This document shows, one piece after another, positions 27,822 to 36,559 of a stretch of DNA of 42,313 nt (position 1 is the stretch's first letter; each line of letters begins with the position of its first letter). Below the pieces are notes generated by a model. The model worked only from the letters and a program-made list of their open reading frames with translations. It searched no databases and was not told the DNA's origin. Origin of the DNA: an uncultured Prevotellaceae bacterium (GTDB lineage Bacteria; Bacteroidota; Bacteroidia; Bacteroidales; Bacteroidaceae); the NCBI GenBank assembly GCA_902766505.1, contig CACXDY010000350.1:1-42313 (forward strand), read 5' to 3'. The position numbers and the translations under genes are program-made.

Positions 27822-30800
27822 ATGAAAACACAAAGAGTGACTGAATTTTTTGTCAAGCAACCGCTTCTGTTCTGGAGTGCCGTTGTGGCTATCCTCATTG
27901 CTGGAGTGGTGAGCTTTATGTGGATGCCAAAACTGGAGGACCCTGCAGTTGCCGTCAAACAGGCTTCCGTGGTGGCCATCTATCCTGGTGCTACCGCACA
28001 TGAGGTGGAACTTGAGGTCGTTCAGGTGCTGGAGGAACAATTACGCACCATTCCCGATGTGAAGGAAATCAGGTCGGAGTGTCAACCGGGCATGGCTCAA
28101 ATAGCTGTCGAGTTTGAAATGACCGTGCTCAAAAAAGACCTTGAACAGCATTTTGACTTGGTGAGAAGAAAGATGGGCGATGCTAAATTGTTGTTGCCTT
28201 CGGGATGTTATGAGCCGATTGTCGTGGACGACATGATGGATGTCTATGGCTTGTTCTATGCGCTGGTGTGCGACGAGGGATACTCTTTTGAGGAGATGGA
28301 ACGCTACGCTGACCTTATCAAGCGTGAAATGCTGTCTGTGCCTGGTGTGAAACGGGTGCTTCTTTCTGGTGTCAGGGATGATGTGGTCAATATCGTCGTG
28401 TCAAAAGACAAACTGGCGCGCAACGGCATCATTCCCATGCAGGTCATGCTGTCGCTGCAGAATGCAGGAAAGACAGTCTCTGCGGGAAAGTTCATGAATG
28501 GCGATGACCGAATCGACCTTCGTGTCAATAATGCCATGAAAAACGAGAAGGATATCGCCGACGTGCTCATCAAAACAGGTAAGGGCTCCAGTGTTAGGCT
28601 TGGCGATATCGCGGAAGTGAGAAGGGAATATAAGGAACCGCAGACAAACGGCTTTTTCGTCAATGGAAAACCCGCCGTTGCTGTCTGTATAGCATTGCAG
28701 GATAATGTGGTGGTGCCTGATGTGGGAAAACTCACTGACAAGAAACTCGCTGAGGTGATGAAACGCTTGCCTGTTGGCATGAATACGGAGAAAATATTCT
28801 TCCAGCCCGACAAGGTCGATCAGGCTATCAGTGGTTTCATGCTCAATCTCGTTGAGTCGGTGCTGATTGTTATTCTCGTCCTGATGTTGACGATGGGGTT
28901 CCGTAGTGGATTGATTATCGGTTTTGGACTGATTTTGACCATTTCCTTGTCATTCCCCATCTTGATGATGGCAAATTCTACTTTGCAACGTATATCTCTC
29001 GGCGCTTTCATCGTGGCGATGGGTATGCTGGTCGACAATGCTATCGTGATTATGGATGGCATTCTGATAGACAAGCAAAGGGGACTGGGGCCCAAAACTT
29101 ATTTGTACAGGATTGGAAACCATACGGCTATTCCGTTGCTGGGTGCAACAGTGATTGCTGTTTCCACGTTCCTGGCTGCCTATATGTCACCTGATTCTGT
29201 CGGTGAGTATTGCCGCGATCTTTTTGTGGTGCTATGCGTGTCGTTGTTCTCTTCATGGGTGCTCGCTCTTATACAGGTACCGGTTTGTGCAAAATCATGG
29301 TTGCCCACTCGTTCCCGTCAGAACACCAAAGAGCAATATCAATCAAAAATTCATCGTTTGGTAAGGAAAACCATTACGACATTGATTGGATACAAGACGG
29401 TCACAATCATTATTGCGGTTGCCTTGCTGGCCGTTTCCGGATGGGGGATGACGAAAGTGAAAAATTTGTTCTTTCCCGATTTTGACTATTCGCAGTTTTT
29501 GGTGGAATATCAGTTGCCACCGCAAACTTCGCCTGACAAGGTGAAACACGATTTGTTGGAAATCTCTGACTCACTGAGCAAAATGTCAAAAGTGGACAGG
29601 GTGGCCGTTGTAATGGGTACTGCTCCTGCACATTACTGTTTGGTACGTCCCATGAATCACGGGGGCGAGAGTTATGGTGAACTGATGGTGGACTGCAAGG
29701 ATTTCAAGACGGTCAATGAGGTCATTGATGAAATAAGAGAGCCGCTGCGTCAGAGATATCCTGATGCTTATATCCGTTTCCGACATTACAATTTCTCTAT
29801 CTCGACCAGTCATCCGGTGGAAGTCCAGTTCAGGGGACCGGACCCAGCGGTATTGAGACAACTGAGCCATCAGGCAGAAGAGGTGATGAGAAAGGCCCCG
29901 CATGCAGATCCCTATTCTGTAAACAATAATTGGCGGCCTAAGGGGAAGGCTCTGGTCGCTGACTTCGTCAAGCAGAATGCCCTCAGGGCTGGTATTGAGA
30001 GGAGTAATGTCGCTGATGCGTTGATGGCTGCCACAGACGGACTGCCTGTGGGTGTCATGCATGATGGAGATAAGCAGATTGTCCTTAATATGCAGATACG
30101 CAATGAGGACGGCTCGAGAATCAATGATTTGAAGGATATCCCCGTTTGGTCGATGATGAATGTCAATATCGATACAGATGAATTGCAGGGGGTGATGACT
30201 GGGGCTGCCAATGCAGAGGATATCTCCGATGGCTTGTTCAAGAGTGGACCGCTTTCCAATGTCACCTCGGATATTGACGTGGAATGGGAGGAAAATTTCA
30301 TCTATAGACTGAATGGAGAAAGGTGTATTGAAGCGCAATGCGACCCCAATACGCAATTGTATCAAGGTACCGTGGCCCAAGTCAATGCCGAGATTAAGAA
30401 GGATATAGAAGCCATTCAGGTCCCGGAGGGTTATACGATGGTTTGGGCCGGCGAGGGCAGGTTGTCGGGGACGGCTATAGCCTTGGTGCTCAAATATGTT
30501 CCACTGAGTATTTTGATTATCCTGACCATATTGTTGCTGCTCTTCCGCAATTGGAAAGAGGTTTGGGTTGTACTGCTATGTCTCCCGTTCGTGGTTTGTG
30601 GCATTGCTCCCGCATTGCTCATTTTCCGGCAACCGTTCACCTTCATGGCCATTATTGGCTTGGTGGGACTGATGGGTATGATGGTCAAAAACGCTATCGT
30701 GCTGGTAGACGAAATCAACCGCCTGTATAAAGTAGAGAAAATGTCGGCCTTCGATTCCGTGGTCAATGCTTCCGTCAGTCGTGTCAGACCTGTTGTCATG

Positions 30801-30980
30801 GCTTCACTCACCACAATTCTCGGTATGGCACCGCTGCTTGGCGACCCCATGTATGGGTCTCTGGCCATCTGTATCATGGCAGGACTTGCTGTGGGTACCC
30901 TCATTACACTCGTGCTGTTGCCTGTTCTCTATTCAGTTTTCTTTAAGGTGGAAAAAACAAAGAAAGCTTCCGTAGCTTAA
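27822..30980 (+). CDS. RND efflux transporter permease (AcrB/AcrD/AcrF family)
   Basis: 1052 aa with TM4 GMLVDNAIV, TM10 GMMVKNAIVLVD and TM11 RVRPVVM. Confidence 0.95.
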   Translation: MKTQRVTEFFVKQPLLFWSAVVAILIAGVVSFMWMPKLEDPAVAVKQASVVAIYPGATAHEVELEVVQVLEEQLRTIPDVKEIRSECQPGMAQIAVEFEMTVLKKDLEQHFDLVRRKMGDAKLLLPSGCYEPIVVDDMMDVYGLFYALVCDEGYSFEEMERYADLIKREMLSVPGVKRVLLSGVRDDVVNIVVSKDKLARNGIIPMQVMLSLQNAGKTVSAGKFMNGDDRIDLRVNNAMKNEKDIADVLIKTGKGSSVRLGDIAEVRREYKEPQTNGFFVNGKPAVAVCIALQDNVVVPDVGKLTDKKLAEVMKRLPVGMNTEKIFFQPDKVDQAISGFMLNLVESVLIVILVLMLTMGFRSGLIIGFGLILTISLSFPILMMANSTLQRISLGAFIVAMGMLVDNAIVIMDGILIDKQRGLGPKTYLYRIGNHTAIPLLGATVIAVSTFLAAYMSPDSVGEYCRDLFVVLCVSLFSSWVLALIQVPVCAKSWLPTRSRQNTKEQYQSKIHRLVRKTITTLIGYKTVTIIIAVALLAVSGWGMTKVKNLFFPDFDYSQFLVEYQLPPQTSPDKVKHDLLEISDSLSKMSKVDRVAVVMGTAPAHYCLVRPMNHGGESYGELMVDCKDFKTVNEVIDEIREPLRQRYPDAYIRFRHYNFSISTSHPVEVQFRGPDPAVLRQLSHQAEEVMRKAPHADPYSVNNNWRPKGKALVADFVKQNALRAGIERSNVADALMAATDGLPVGVMHDGDKQIVLNMQIRNEDGSRINDLKDIPVWSMMNVNIDTDELQGVMTGAANAEDISDGLFKSGPLSNVTSDIDVEWEENFIYRLNGERCIEAQCDPNTQLYQGTVAQVNAEIKKDIEAIQVPEGYTMVWAGEGRLSGTAIALVLKYVPLSILIILTILLLLFRNWKEVWVVLLCLPFVVCGIAPALLIFRQPFTFMAIIGLVGLMGMMVKNAIVLVDEINRLYKVEKMSAFDSVVNASVSRVRPVVMASLTTILGMAPLLGDPMYGSLAICIMAGLAVGTLITLVLLPVLYSVFFKVEKTKKASVA

Positions 30981-30995
30981 AAATGAAGATTGGTT

Positions 30996-32297
30996 ATGAA
31001 GAGATTATTGACAATACCCTTGATGCTGCTTACTACCGCATGCCTCGCTCAAAATGTGAATAAGACGCTTTCGCTGAAGAATTGTCGCGAGATGGCTGTC
31101 GAGAGCAGTGAGGATTTGCAGAAAGCCGACAATGATATACAAAAGGCCGAACTGGATATGAAAATTGCCGAGATGAGCAACCGTCCTATGGTTGACGGCT
31201 CGTTGACAGGACTGTATACCAAAGACATGGAAATCATGGGGAATGAGTTGCAGTTGAGAGGAATGTATCTGGCCGGAATTACAGTGCAGCAACCTATCTA
31301 TACTGGAGGACAAATCACCGCTGGCAAGCGGTTGGCCAAAATTGGGAAAGAATGTGCCGAGGAAATGAAGAGGAAAACCAGGGCGGACATCATTGCCCAG
31401 ACGGATGAAGCCTATTATTCATTGCTCGCTGTGGATGAGAAAGTGAAAATGCTCGAGGCTTTTCAGAAACAACTGCAGGGACTGAATGACAGAGTGTCCG
31501 TCTCCATCAAGGCACAGATGGCTACCAAAAATGACCTTCTCAGGGTGCAGGCAAAACAAAGTGAGATAGACTATCAGATACAAAAGGCTAAGAACGGCAG
31601 ACAACTGTGCCGTATCTACCTTTGCAATATCATCGGTGTCCCTCTGGACACGGAAATCACCTTGTCTGATACGGCTATCGCTGTCACCATGCCTCACGAC
31701 CTCATCGATGATGTTACGAATAGGCCGGAAACAAATCTGCTTTTAAAGGCGATGGCAGCAGGCGAGCATCAGATTAAAATGGCTAAAAGTAATTATTTGC
31801 CGAAGGTCGGTCTGCAACTGGGCTATTCTTATCACGGCAATATTTGGTTGAAAGGCATGACCATGTTGCCAGATGGTACTCCCTATTCCTATAAACAGCA
31901 GTATAAGGGAGGAACACCGATGGCGATGCTGGGTGTGCAAATACCTATCTTCCATTGGAAAAACGAGATTCGTAAGGTAAAAAAAGCCGAACTTGACTGG
32001 GCTAATGCACAGTTGGATTACAACAAAAACACCAAGTTGATGGAAATCGAGGCAAGACAGGCTGTTCAAAATTATACGGATAGCTACCGGATGGTACAAA
32101 CTGCTGTGATAGGAAATCAACAGGCTGACGAAAATCTCCGCGTGATGCGGAACAAATATGACAACGGTATGGCCACGATGACCGACTTGCTTGAGGCTCA
32201 GGCTCTATGGCAACAGGCAAGGAGCAACCTCATCGAGGCTCAGACCCAGTACAAGATTTCTGAAACCCGGTATTTGAAGGCCATAGGAAGGCTTTAA
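30996..32297 (+). CDS. TolC family outer-membrane efflux protein
   Basis: ATG at 30996, signal peptide ending CLA-Q. QPIYTGG, YY..L, YLPKVGL, IPIFHW, G..T.TDLLEAQ. Confidence 0.92.
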   Translation: MKRLLTIPLMLLTTACLAQNVNKTLSLKNCREMAVESSEDLQKADNDIQKAELDMKIAEMSNRPMVDGSLTGLYTKDMEIMGNELQLRGMYLAGITVQQPIYTGGQITAGKRLAKIGKECAEEMKRKTRADIIAQTDEAYYSLLAVDEKVKMLEAFQKQLQGLNDRVSVSIKAQMATKNDLLRVQAKQSEIDYQIQKAKNGRQLCRIYLCNIIGVPLDTEITLSDTAIAVTMPHDLIDDVTNRPETNLLLKAMAAGEHQIKMAKSNYLPKVGLQLGYSYHGNIWLKGMTMLPDGTPYSYKQQYKGGTPMAMLGVQIPIFHWKNEIRKVKKAELDWANAQLDYNKNTKLMEIEARQAVQNYTDSYRMVQTAVIGNQQADENLRVMRNKYDNGMATMTDLLEAQALWQQARSNLIEAQTQYKISETRYLKAIGRL

Positions 32298-32423
32298 CAC
32301 CTTTTTGGATACTAAAAGTTAACTGAAAACGGCATTAACTTAATTTTATACCATTCTTATTGATAGCATGGTAATTATTCTTAATTGTAACGTTCCTTCT
32401 GTTTAATCTTAGCAAGATAAGCA

Positions 32424-32431
32424 TATCTTTG
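32424..32431 (+). promoter_or_regulatory. -7 element (TATCTTTG)
   Basis: TAnnTTTG 22 nt upstream of the ATG at 32454. Confidence 0.55.
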
Positions 32432-32453
32432 TCCTATAATCAAGGACTAAGAT

Positions 32454-32984
32454 ATGCTTTTTTCCAATTATTTTTGGCGGGTGACTGTCTTGCTGATGGT
32501 ATACTCTGTTGGTGGGAGAGCGCAGACCAAATGTGTCATTGTCGATAAAGAGACCGGTACGCCCATCCGCAACGTCAAGTTCTATGCTGACAATGGTATC
32601 ACTGCTGTTACTGACTATCGTGGGGTTCTTTTAGTTGACTCTTTTTTCAAGAGTGCCACACTCTCCCATGTGAGTTATCTCAGTAGGGTGGTCAATCGGA
32701 GCGAATTGCGTGACACCATCTGGATGTTGCCGAAGGAAAACCGGTTGAGTGAGGTCGTAGTTTGGGGAACGGAGAGAAATGGTATCAAATCAATGGTTGC
32801 CGGTGCTGTGGCCGATGCTCCTCAATACGCTCCTCCAAAGGGTGTCGTTACGTTTGATTTTTTCGAAATGCTCCGCAAAAAACCATTAAACAAAAAAGCA
32901 AGGAAGAAAAACCAACAACTCCTCCGCGACTGGGACAAACTATACGGCCCTCCACCAAACTCAGACCAAAACAACACCCCCTAA
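32454..32984 (+). CDS. Secreted hypothetical protein with a carboxypeptidase-regulatory-like (NTE-like) N-terminal domain
   Basis: Signal peptide ending GRA-Q. IVDKETGTPI..V, TDYRG, SHVSY, LSEVVV pattern; basic helical C-terminus. Confidence 0.7.
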   Translation: MLFSNYFWRVTVLLMVYSVGGRAQTKCVIVDKETGTPIRNVKFYADNGITAVTDYRGVLLVDSFFKSATLSHVSYLSRVVNRSELRDTIWMLPKENRLSEVVVWGTERNGIKSMVAGAVADAPQYAPPKGVVTFDFFEMLRKKPLNKKARKKNQQLLRDWDKLYGPPPNSDQNNTP

Positions 32985-33053
32985 ACCCTTTAAAGTCTCT
33001 AAGGCCCTTAAAGACCTTAAAGACCTTATAGACCTTATAGACCTTAAAAACCC
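32982..33053 (+). repeat. Degenerate 9-bp tandem repeat, 8 units, consensus TAAAGACCT
   Basis: Units read taaaccctt taaagtctc taaggccct taaagacct taaagacct tatagacct tatagacct taaaaaccc. Confidence 0.9.
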
Positions 33054-33055
33054 CT

Positions 33056-33105
33056 AAAAAAATCAGCCTCGAAAATGCATAACTACATTTCCGAGGCTGT
33101 TTTTT
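33056..33105. terminator. Bidirectional intrinsic terminator between the 176-aa gene and tRNA-Arg
   Basis: A-tract, CAGCCTCG-A-AAATG / CATTT-C-CGAGGCTG stem, then a T-tract. Confidence 0.85.
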
Positions 33106-33108
33106 CAG

Positions 33109-33182
33109 TGATCCCGTTGGGATTCAAACCCAAGACCTTCAGAACCGGAATCTGACGCTCTATTCAGCTAAGCTACGGGACC
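33109..33182 (-). tRNA. tRNA-Arg(CCG)
   Basis: Reverse complement GGTCCCGTAGCTTAGCTGAATAGAGCGTCAGATTCCGGTTCTGAAGGTCTTGGGTTTGAATCCCAACGGGATCA folds as a cloverleaf; anticodon arm TCAGA-TTCCGGT-TCTGA; CCA not encoded. Confidence 0.96.
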
Positions 33183-33198
33183 TTTTGATTAGGATGTG

Positions 33199-33206
33199 CA
33201 AAAGTA
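33199..33206 (-). promoter_or_regulatory. -7 element (TACTTTTG) for tRNA-Arg
   Basis: TAnnTTTG+CA 16 nt upstream of the tRNA 5' end. Confidence 0.7.
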
Positions 33207-33378
33207 CGCAATAATCACGACATCTACAAATTTTAGCCATATATTTTGGAATCTCAGTGGACGGACCTTCGTTCGGAATGATATACCGTCAATCAGTCAT
33301 AGTGTTATTATTTTTTGATATATGCTATCTTTTTGTGCATTTTTTCGAGGAATATTCTTGCATATTAATATTTTTGAC

Positions 33379-33386
33379 TACCTTTG
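33379..33386 (+). promoter_or_regulatory. -7 element (TACCTTTG) for asnA
   Basis: TAnnTTTG+CA about 58 nt upstream of the asnA ATG. Confidence 0.7.
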
Positions 33387-33444
33387 CACCGCAAAAACGA
33401 TTTTGGACGATAGGTCGGACGATATCTAATGAAAGTTAGTAGAA

Positions 33445-34482
33445 ATGAGCAAACTCATTAAACCGAATGGTTATAAGGCCCTTCTCGATATGCGACAGAC
33501 TGAGCAGGGCATCAAACTCATCAAGGATTTTTTTCAGCAAAATCTTAGTACCGAATTGAGGCTGCACCGCGTGACAGCTCCTTTGTTTGTGTTGCAAGGT
33601 CTTGGCATCAACGACGACCTTAATGGGGTGGAGCGTCCTGTCACTTTCCCCATCAAAGACCTCAATGATGCGCATGCCGAAGTGGTGCACTCGTTGGCTA
33701 AATGGAAGCGCCTCACCTTGGCGGAATATGAGATAGAGCCAGGCTACGGAGTCTATACGGACATGAATGCCATCAGAGCTGATGAGGAATTGGATAATAT
33801 CCATTCTCTCTATGTCGACCAATGGGACTGGGAGGCTGTCATTACGCCGGAATCACGAAATATCGCTTTCCTCAAAAACGTTGTGGAGAGAATCTATTCC
33901 GCCATCCTGCGCACTGAATATCTGGTCTGTGAAACCTATCCCAAAATCAAGCCGTTCCTTCCTAAGACCATACATTTTATCCATAGCGAGGAATTGCTTC
34001 AGATGTATCCGAATCTCTCTGCCAAGGAAAGGGAAGATGAGATTTGTCGCAAATATGGTGCCGTGTTCCTGATGGGTATCGGTGGAAAACTCTCGAATGG
34101 AGAACCTCACGACGGAAGGGCTCCGGATTATGACGACTGGTCTTCTATGGGAGAAAACGGACTGGATGGACTCAATGGTGACATCTTGGTTTGGTATCCC
34201 GTTCTCGACAGGTCTTTGGAACTCTCCTCCATGGGTATCCGTGTGGATAAAGAAGCGCTGCTCAGACAATTGGAGATGACAGGCAATCAGCAACGGCTTG
34301 GCTTGTATTTCCACCAGCAGTTGATGAATGATGCCTTGCCGCAAAGCATAGGTGGCGGTATCGGTCAGAGCCGGTTGTGCATGATGCTGTTGCACAAAGC
34401 GCACATCGGAGAAATACAGGCAAGCATTTGGCCGGATGAGATGAGGCGGGAATGCCAAAATTTGGGAATGCCTCTCATCTGA
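33445..34482 (+). CDS. asnA: Aspartate--ammonia ligase (asparagine synthetase A)
   Basis: NDDLNGVERPV, EVVHSLAKWKR, HSLYVDQWDWE, HDGRAPDYDDW, ELSSMGIRVD, IGGGIGQSRL, HIGEIQ. Confidence 0.97.
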   Translation: MSKLIKPNGYKALLDMRQTEQGIKLIKDFFQQNLSTELRLHRVTAPLFVLQGLGINDDLNGVERPVTFPIKDLNDAHAEVVHSLAKWKRLTLAEYEIEPGYGVYTDMNAIRADEELDNIHSLYVDQWDWEAVITPESRNIAFLKNVVERIYSAILRTEYLVCETYPKIKPFLPKTIHFIHSEELLQMYPNLSAKEREDEICRKYGAVFLMGIGGKLSNGEPHDGRAPDYDDWSSMGENGLDGLNGDILVWYPVLDRSLELSSMGIRVDKEALLRQLEMTGNQQRLGLYFHQQLMNDALPQSIGGGIGQSRLCMMLLHKAHIGEIQASIWPDEMRRECQNLGMPLI

Positions 34483-34490
34483 TAGAAAAG

Positions 34491-34533
34491 AATACAAAAA
34501 GCGGGAAGAAACAATCTACCCGCTTTTTGTATT
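34491..34533. terminator. Bidirectional intrinsic terminator between asnA and dnaX
   Basis: Perfect 15-bp inverted repeat AATACAAAAAGCGGG / CCCGCTTTTTGTATT. Confidence 0.9.
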
Positions 34534-34545
34534 GGTTGTTAATCT

Positions 34546-34635
34546 TTAATCATCCAGGAATAATTCATCGGAACGACTTTCATCTGTAGTAGGTTCGTTG
34601 CCTGCTTTCCCTCCTGACAACACAAGTTGCTTCAT
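34546..34635 (-). CDS. Possible small acidic peptide MKQLVLSGGKAGNEPTTDESRSDELFLDD
   Basis: 29-codon ORF between the dnaX stop and the terminator, in frame with dnaX; below the ORF-track cutoff. Confidence 0.25.
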   Translation of the reverse strand: MKQLVLSGGKAGNEPTTDESRSDELFLDD

Positions 34636-34668
34636 AGATGCTGGCTCTGTCCTCCAAACGACATCTTT

Positions 34669-36489
34669 TTATGCCAATTCGAGGTCCAAGAGTTCGCGAA
34701 GTCGTTCAATGGCCTCATTCTCTGTCCTCATCTTGTCGAATGTTTCTTTACGGGATAATATGGGCTTGATTTCCTCCGCTTTGGCCAGTCTGATTTCAAA
34801 GGCAATATCGCTGTTGTGAAGATACGTTGCCATTGTCTTCCGGATACGGTTCTTCACCTGAACTATTTGCTCCAGCAATTGACGGTTGTCAACGACCACT
34901 TCGATTTGAGGATAGTTGGTAATGTGAGGCGTGATGTTCTTCATACGCACAGCAAGCCCCGGCATTGGACCCATCATGCGGTTACACATGCTCAGCCATT
35001 CACGAACAAGGTCTTCTTCTGTGAAAACTGATTGCTCATTCTTTGGCAACTCGATGGTTTCCTCTGCCTCCACCTCGGTTTGCTGGCCTTTCAGCAGACT
35101 GCTGAACGAAATGGAGTCTTTGCCTAACCGTGGCCTGCCTCCCGGACGATGGATGTTGGGAGTGCGGGGAACAGGTGGCGGAGTGGATATCTGAGATGCT
35201 TGGGCTGTTGTAGGTACTGCTGGCGCTTTTGCTGCTGGTTGTTGAACAGATATGGAGGGGGCTGCCGGAGTTGTGCTCACGGTCGGGGTCTTCACGGTCG
35301 CGGCTACCTGTGACGCCGCATTCTTATGACCGGATTCAATCAGTTTTTTAAACAGGGTTTTCAATCTTGCAGGGCGACGCCCCGCACTGCTGTCGTCATC
35401 TTGGGTAATCTGGGCAATCTCGATGAGCGTGAGTTCTGTCAACAGGCGCTTGTTGCTGCTTTGGCGGTAATTGATGTCACATTCATTGCAGAAACGGAGT
35501 GCCTGATACAGGAAACGGGGAGGGCACTTCTGGGCCTGCTCGCGGAATTTCTCCTTTTGACTGTCACTGACATCGAGAAGGGGTAGGGTGGCAGGGTCTT
35601 TGGCCATCATGACGTTGCGGATATGGCTGGCAAGACCATTAATCAGCTGGCCGCCATCAAAACCGTTGTTGATAATGCTGTTGAGCAGCACCATCACGTC
35701 GGCAACATTGTTCGACAGGCTCTTGTCCACTATCTGGAAATAGTTGTCGCTGTTCAGAACGTTGAGATTCGACATCACCTTGTCGAAACTGAGGTTGCCA
35801 CCGCAGAAACTGGCACATTGGTCGAAGATGGAAAGAGCGTCACGCATTCCACCGTCTGCCTTCTCGGCTATCAGGTTGAGGGAGTCTTCATCGTAAGTGA
35901 TGCCTTCCTTTTCGGCCACCATTTTCAGATGACTGATGATATGGGGCACATCCATACGCTCGAAGTCGTAAATCTGACAACGGGAGATAATGGTGGGAAG
36001 TATCTTGTGCTTCTCTGTGGTCGCAAGGATGAATATCACATATGAGGGGGGCTCCTCCAGTGTCTTCAGAAAGGCGTTGAAAGCAGCCTGTGACAACATG
36101 TGTACCTCGTCGATGATGAATACCTTGTAACGGCCCACCTGGGGAGGAACACGTGTCTGGTCGGTCAACTGCTTCATGTAGTCCACACCGTTGTTGCTGG
36201 CAGCGTCGAGCTCGAAGATGTTGAGCGAGCGCTGCTCATTGAAAGCGCGACAACTCTCGCATTCGTTGCATGCCTCGCCGTCAGCGCCGATATTCTCGCA
36301 GTTGATGGTCTTCGCGAAAATCCTGGCACAGGTGGTCTTGCCCACTCCTCGAGGACCGCAGAACAGGAAGGCGTGGGCAAGCTTCCCGCTTTTCACGGCA
36401 TTTTTCAGCGTTGTGGTCAATGCCGTCTGTCCCACAACCGATGAAAATGTCATGGGACGGTATTTGCGTGCTGATACGATATATTTCAT
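34669..36489 (-). CDS. dnaX: DNA polymerase III subunit gamma/tau
   Basis: ARKYRP, Walker A GPRGVGKTT, Zn motif C..ACNECESC, IIDEVH, SRC; Pro/Ala/Thr-rich linker and C-terminal domain. Confidence 0.96.
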   Translation of the reverse strand: MKYIVSARKYRPMTFSSVVGQTALTTTLKNAVKSGKLAHAFLFCGPRGVGKTTCARIFAKTINCENIGADGEACNECESCRAFNEQRSLNIFELDAASNNGVDYMKQLTDQTRVPPQVGRYKVFIIDEVHMLSQAAFNAFLKTLEEPPSYVIFILATTEKHKILPTIISRCQIYDFERMDVPHIISHLKMVAEKEGITYDEDSLNLIAEKADGGMRDALSIFDQCASFCGGNLSFDKVMSNLNVLNSDNYFQIVDKSLSNNVADVMVLLNSIINNGFDGGQLINGLASHIRNVMMAKDPATLPLLDVSDSQKEKFREQAQKCPPRFLYQALRFCNECDINYRQSSNKRLLTELTLIEIAQITQDDDSSAGRRPARLKTLFKKLIESGHKNAASQVAATVKTPTVSTTPAAPSISVQQPAAKAPAVPTTAQASQISTPPPVPRTPNIHRPGGRPRLGKDSISFSSLLKGQQTEVEAEETIELPKNEQSVFTEEDLVREWLSMCNRMMGPMPGLAVRMKNITPHITNYPQIEVVVDNRQLLEQIVQVKNRIRKTMATYLHNSDIAFEIRLAKAEEIKPILSRKETFDKMRTENEAIERLRELLDLELA

Positions 36490-36511
36490 GGTGAAGTGTT
36501 GTTGTGAATTG

Positions 36512-36519
36512 CAAATTTA
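36512..36519 (-). promoter_or_regulatory. -7 element (TAAATTTG) for dnaX
   Basis: TAnnTTTG+CA 22 nt upstream of the ATG. Confidence 0.6.
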
Positions 36520-36559
36520 AGCATTTATTCGCAATTTCACCAACAGTCTGTCGCGTTTT

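Noticed and set aside
32316-32341. AAGTTAA...TTAACTT inverted repeat after tolC as a terminator
   Set aside because: AT-rich weak stem in an AT-rich spacer; could be chance.
32982-33053. CRISPR or DGR interpretation of the 9-bp array
   Set aside because: No spacers, the unit is far too short, and there is no cas or reverse transcriptase gene in the window.
24843-33182. Genomic island integrated at the tRNA-Arg 3' end carrying the RND cassette
   Set aside because: No integrase, and I saw no duplicate of the tRNA 3' end; the native terminator is intact.
33254-33300. Possible small RNA hairpin (GACGG...CCGTC) between the tRNA and asnA
   Set aside because: Only a 5-bp outer stem, no clear promoter or terminator, and no recognisable family.
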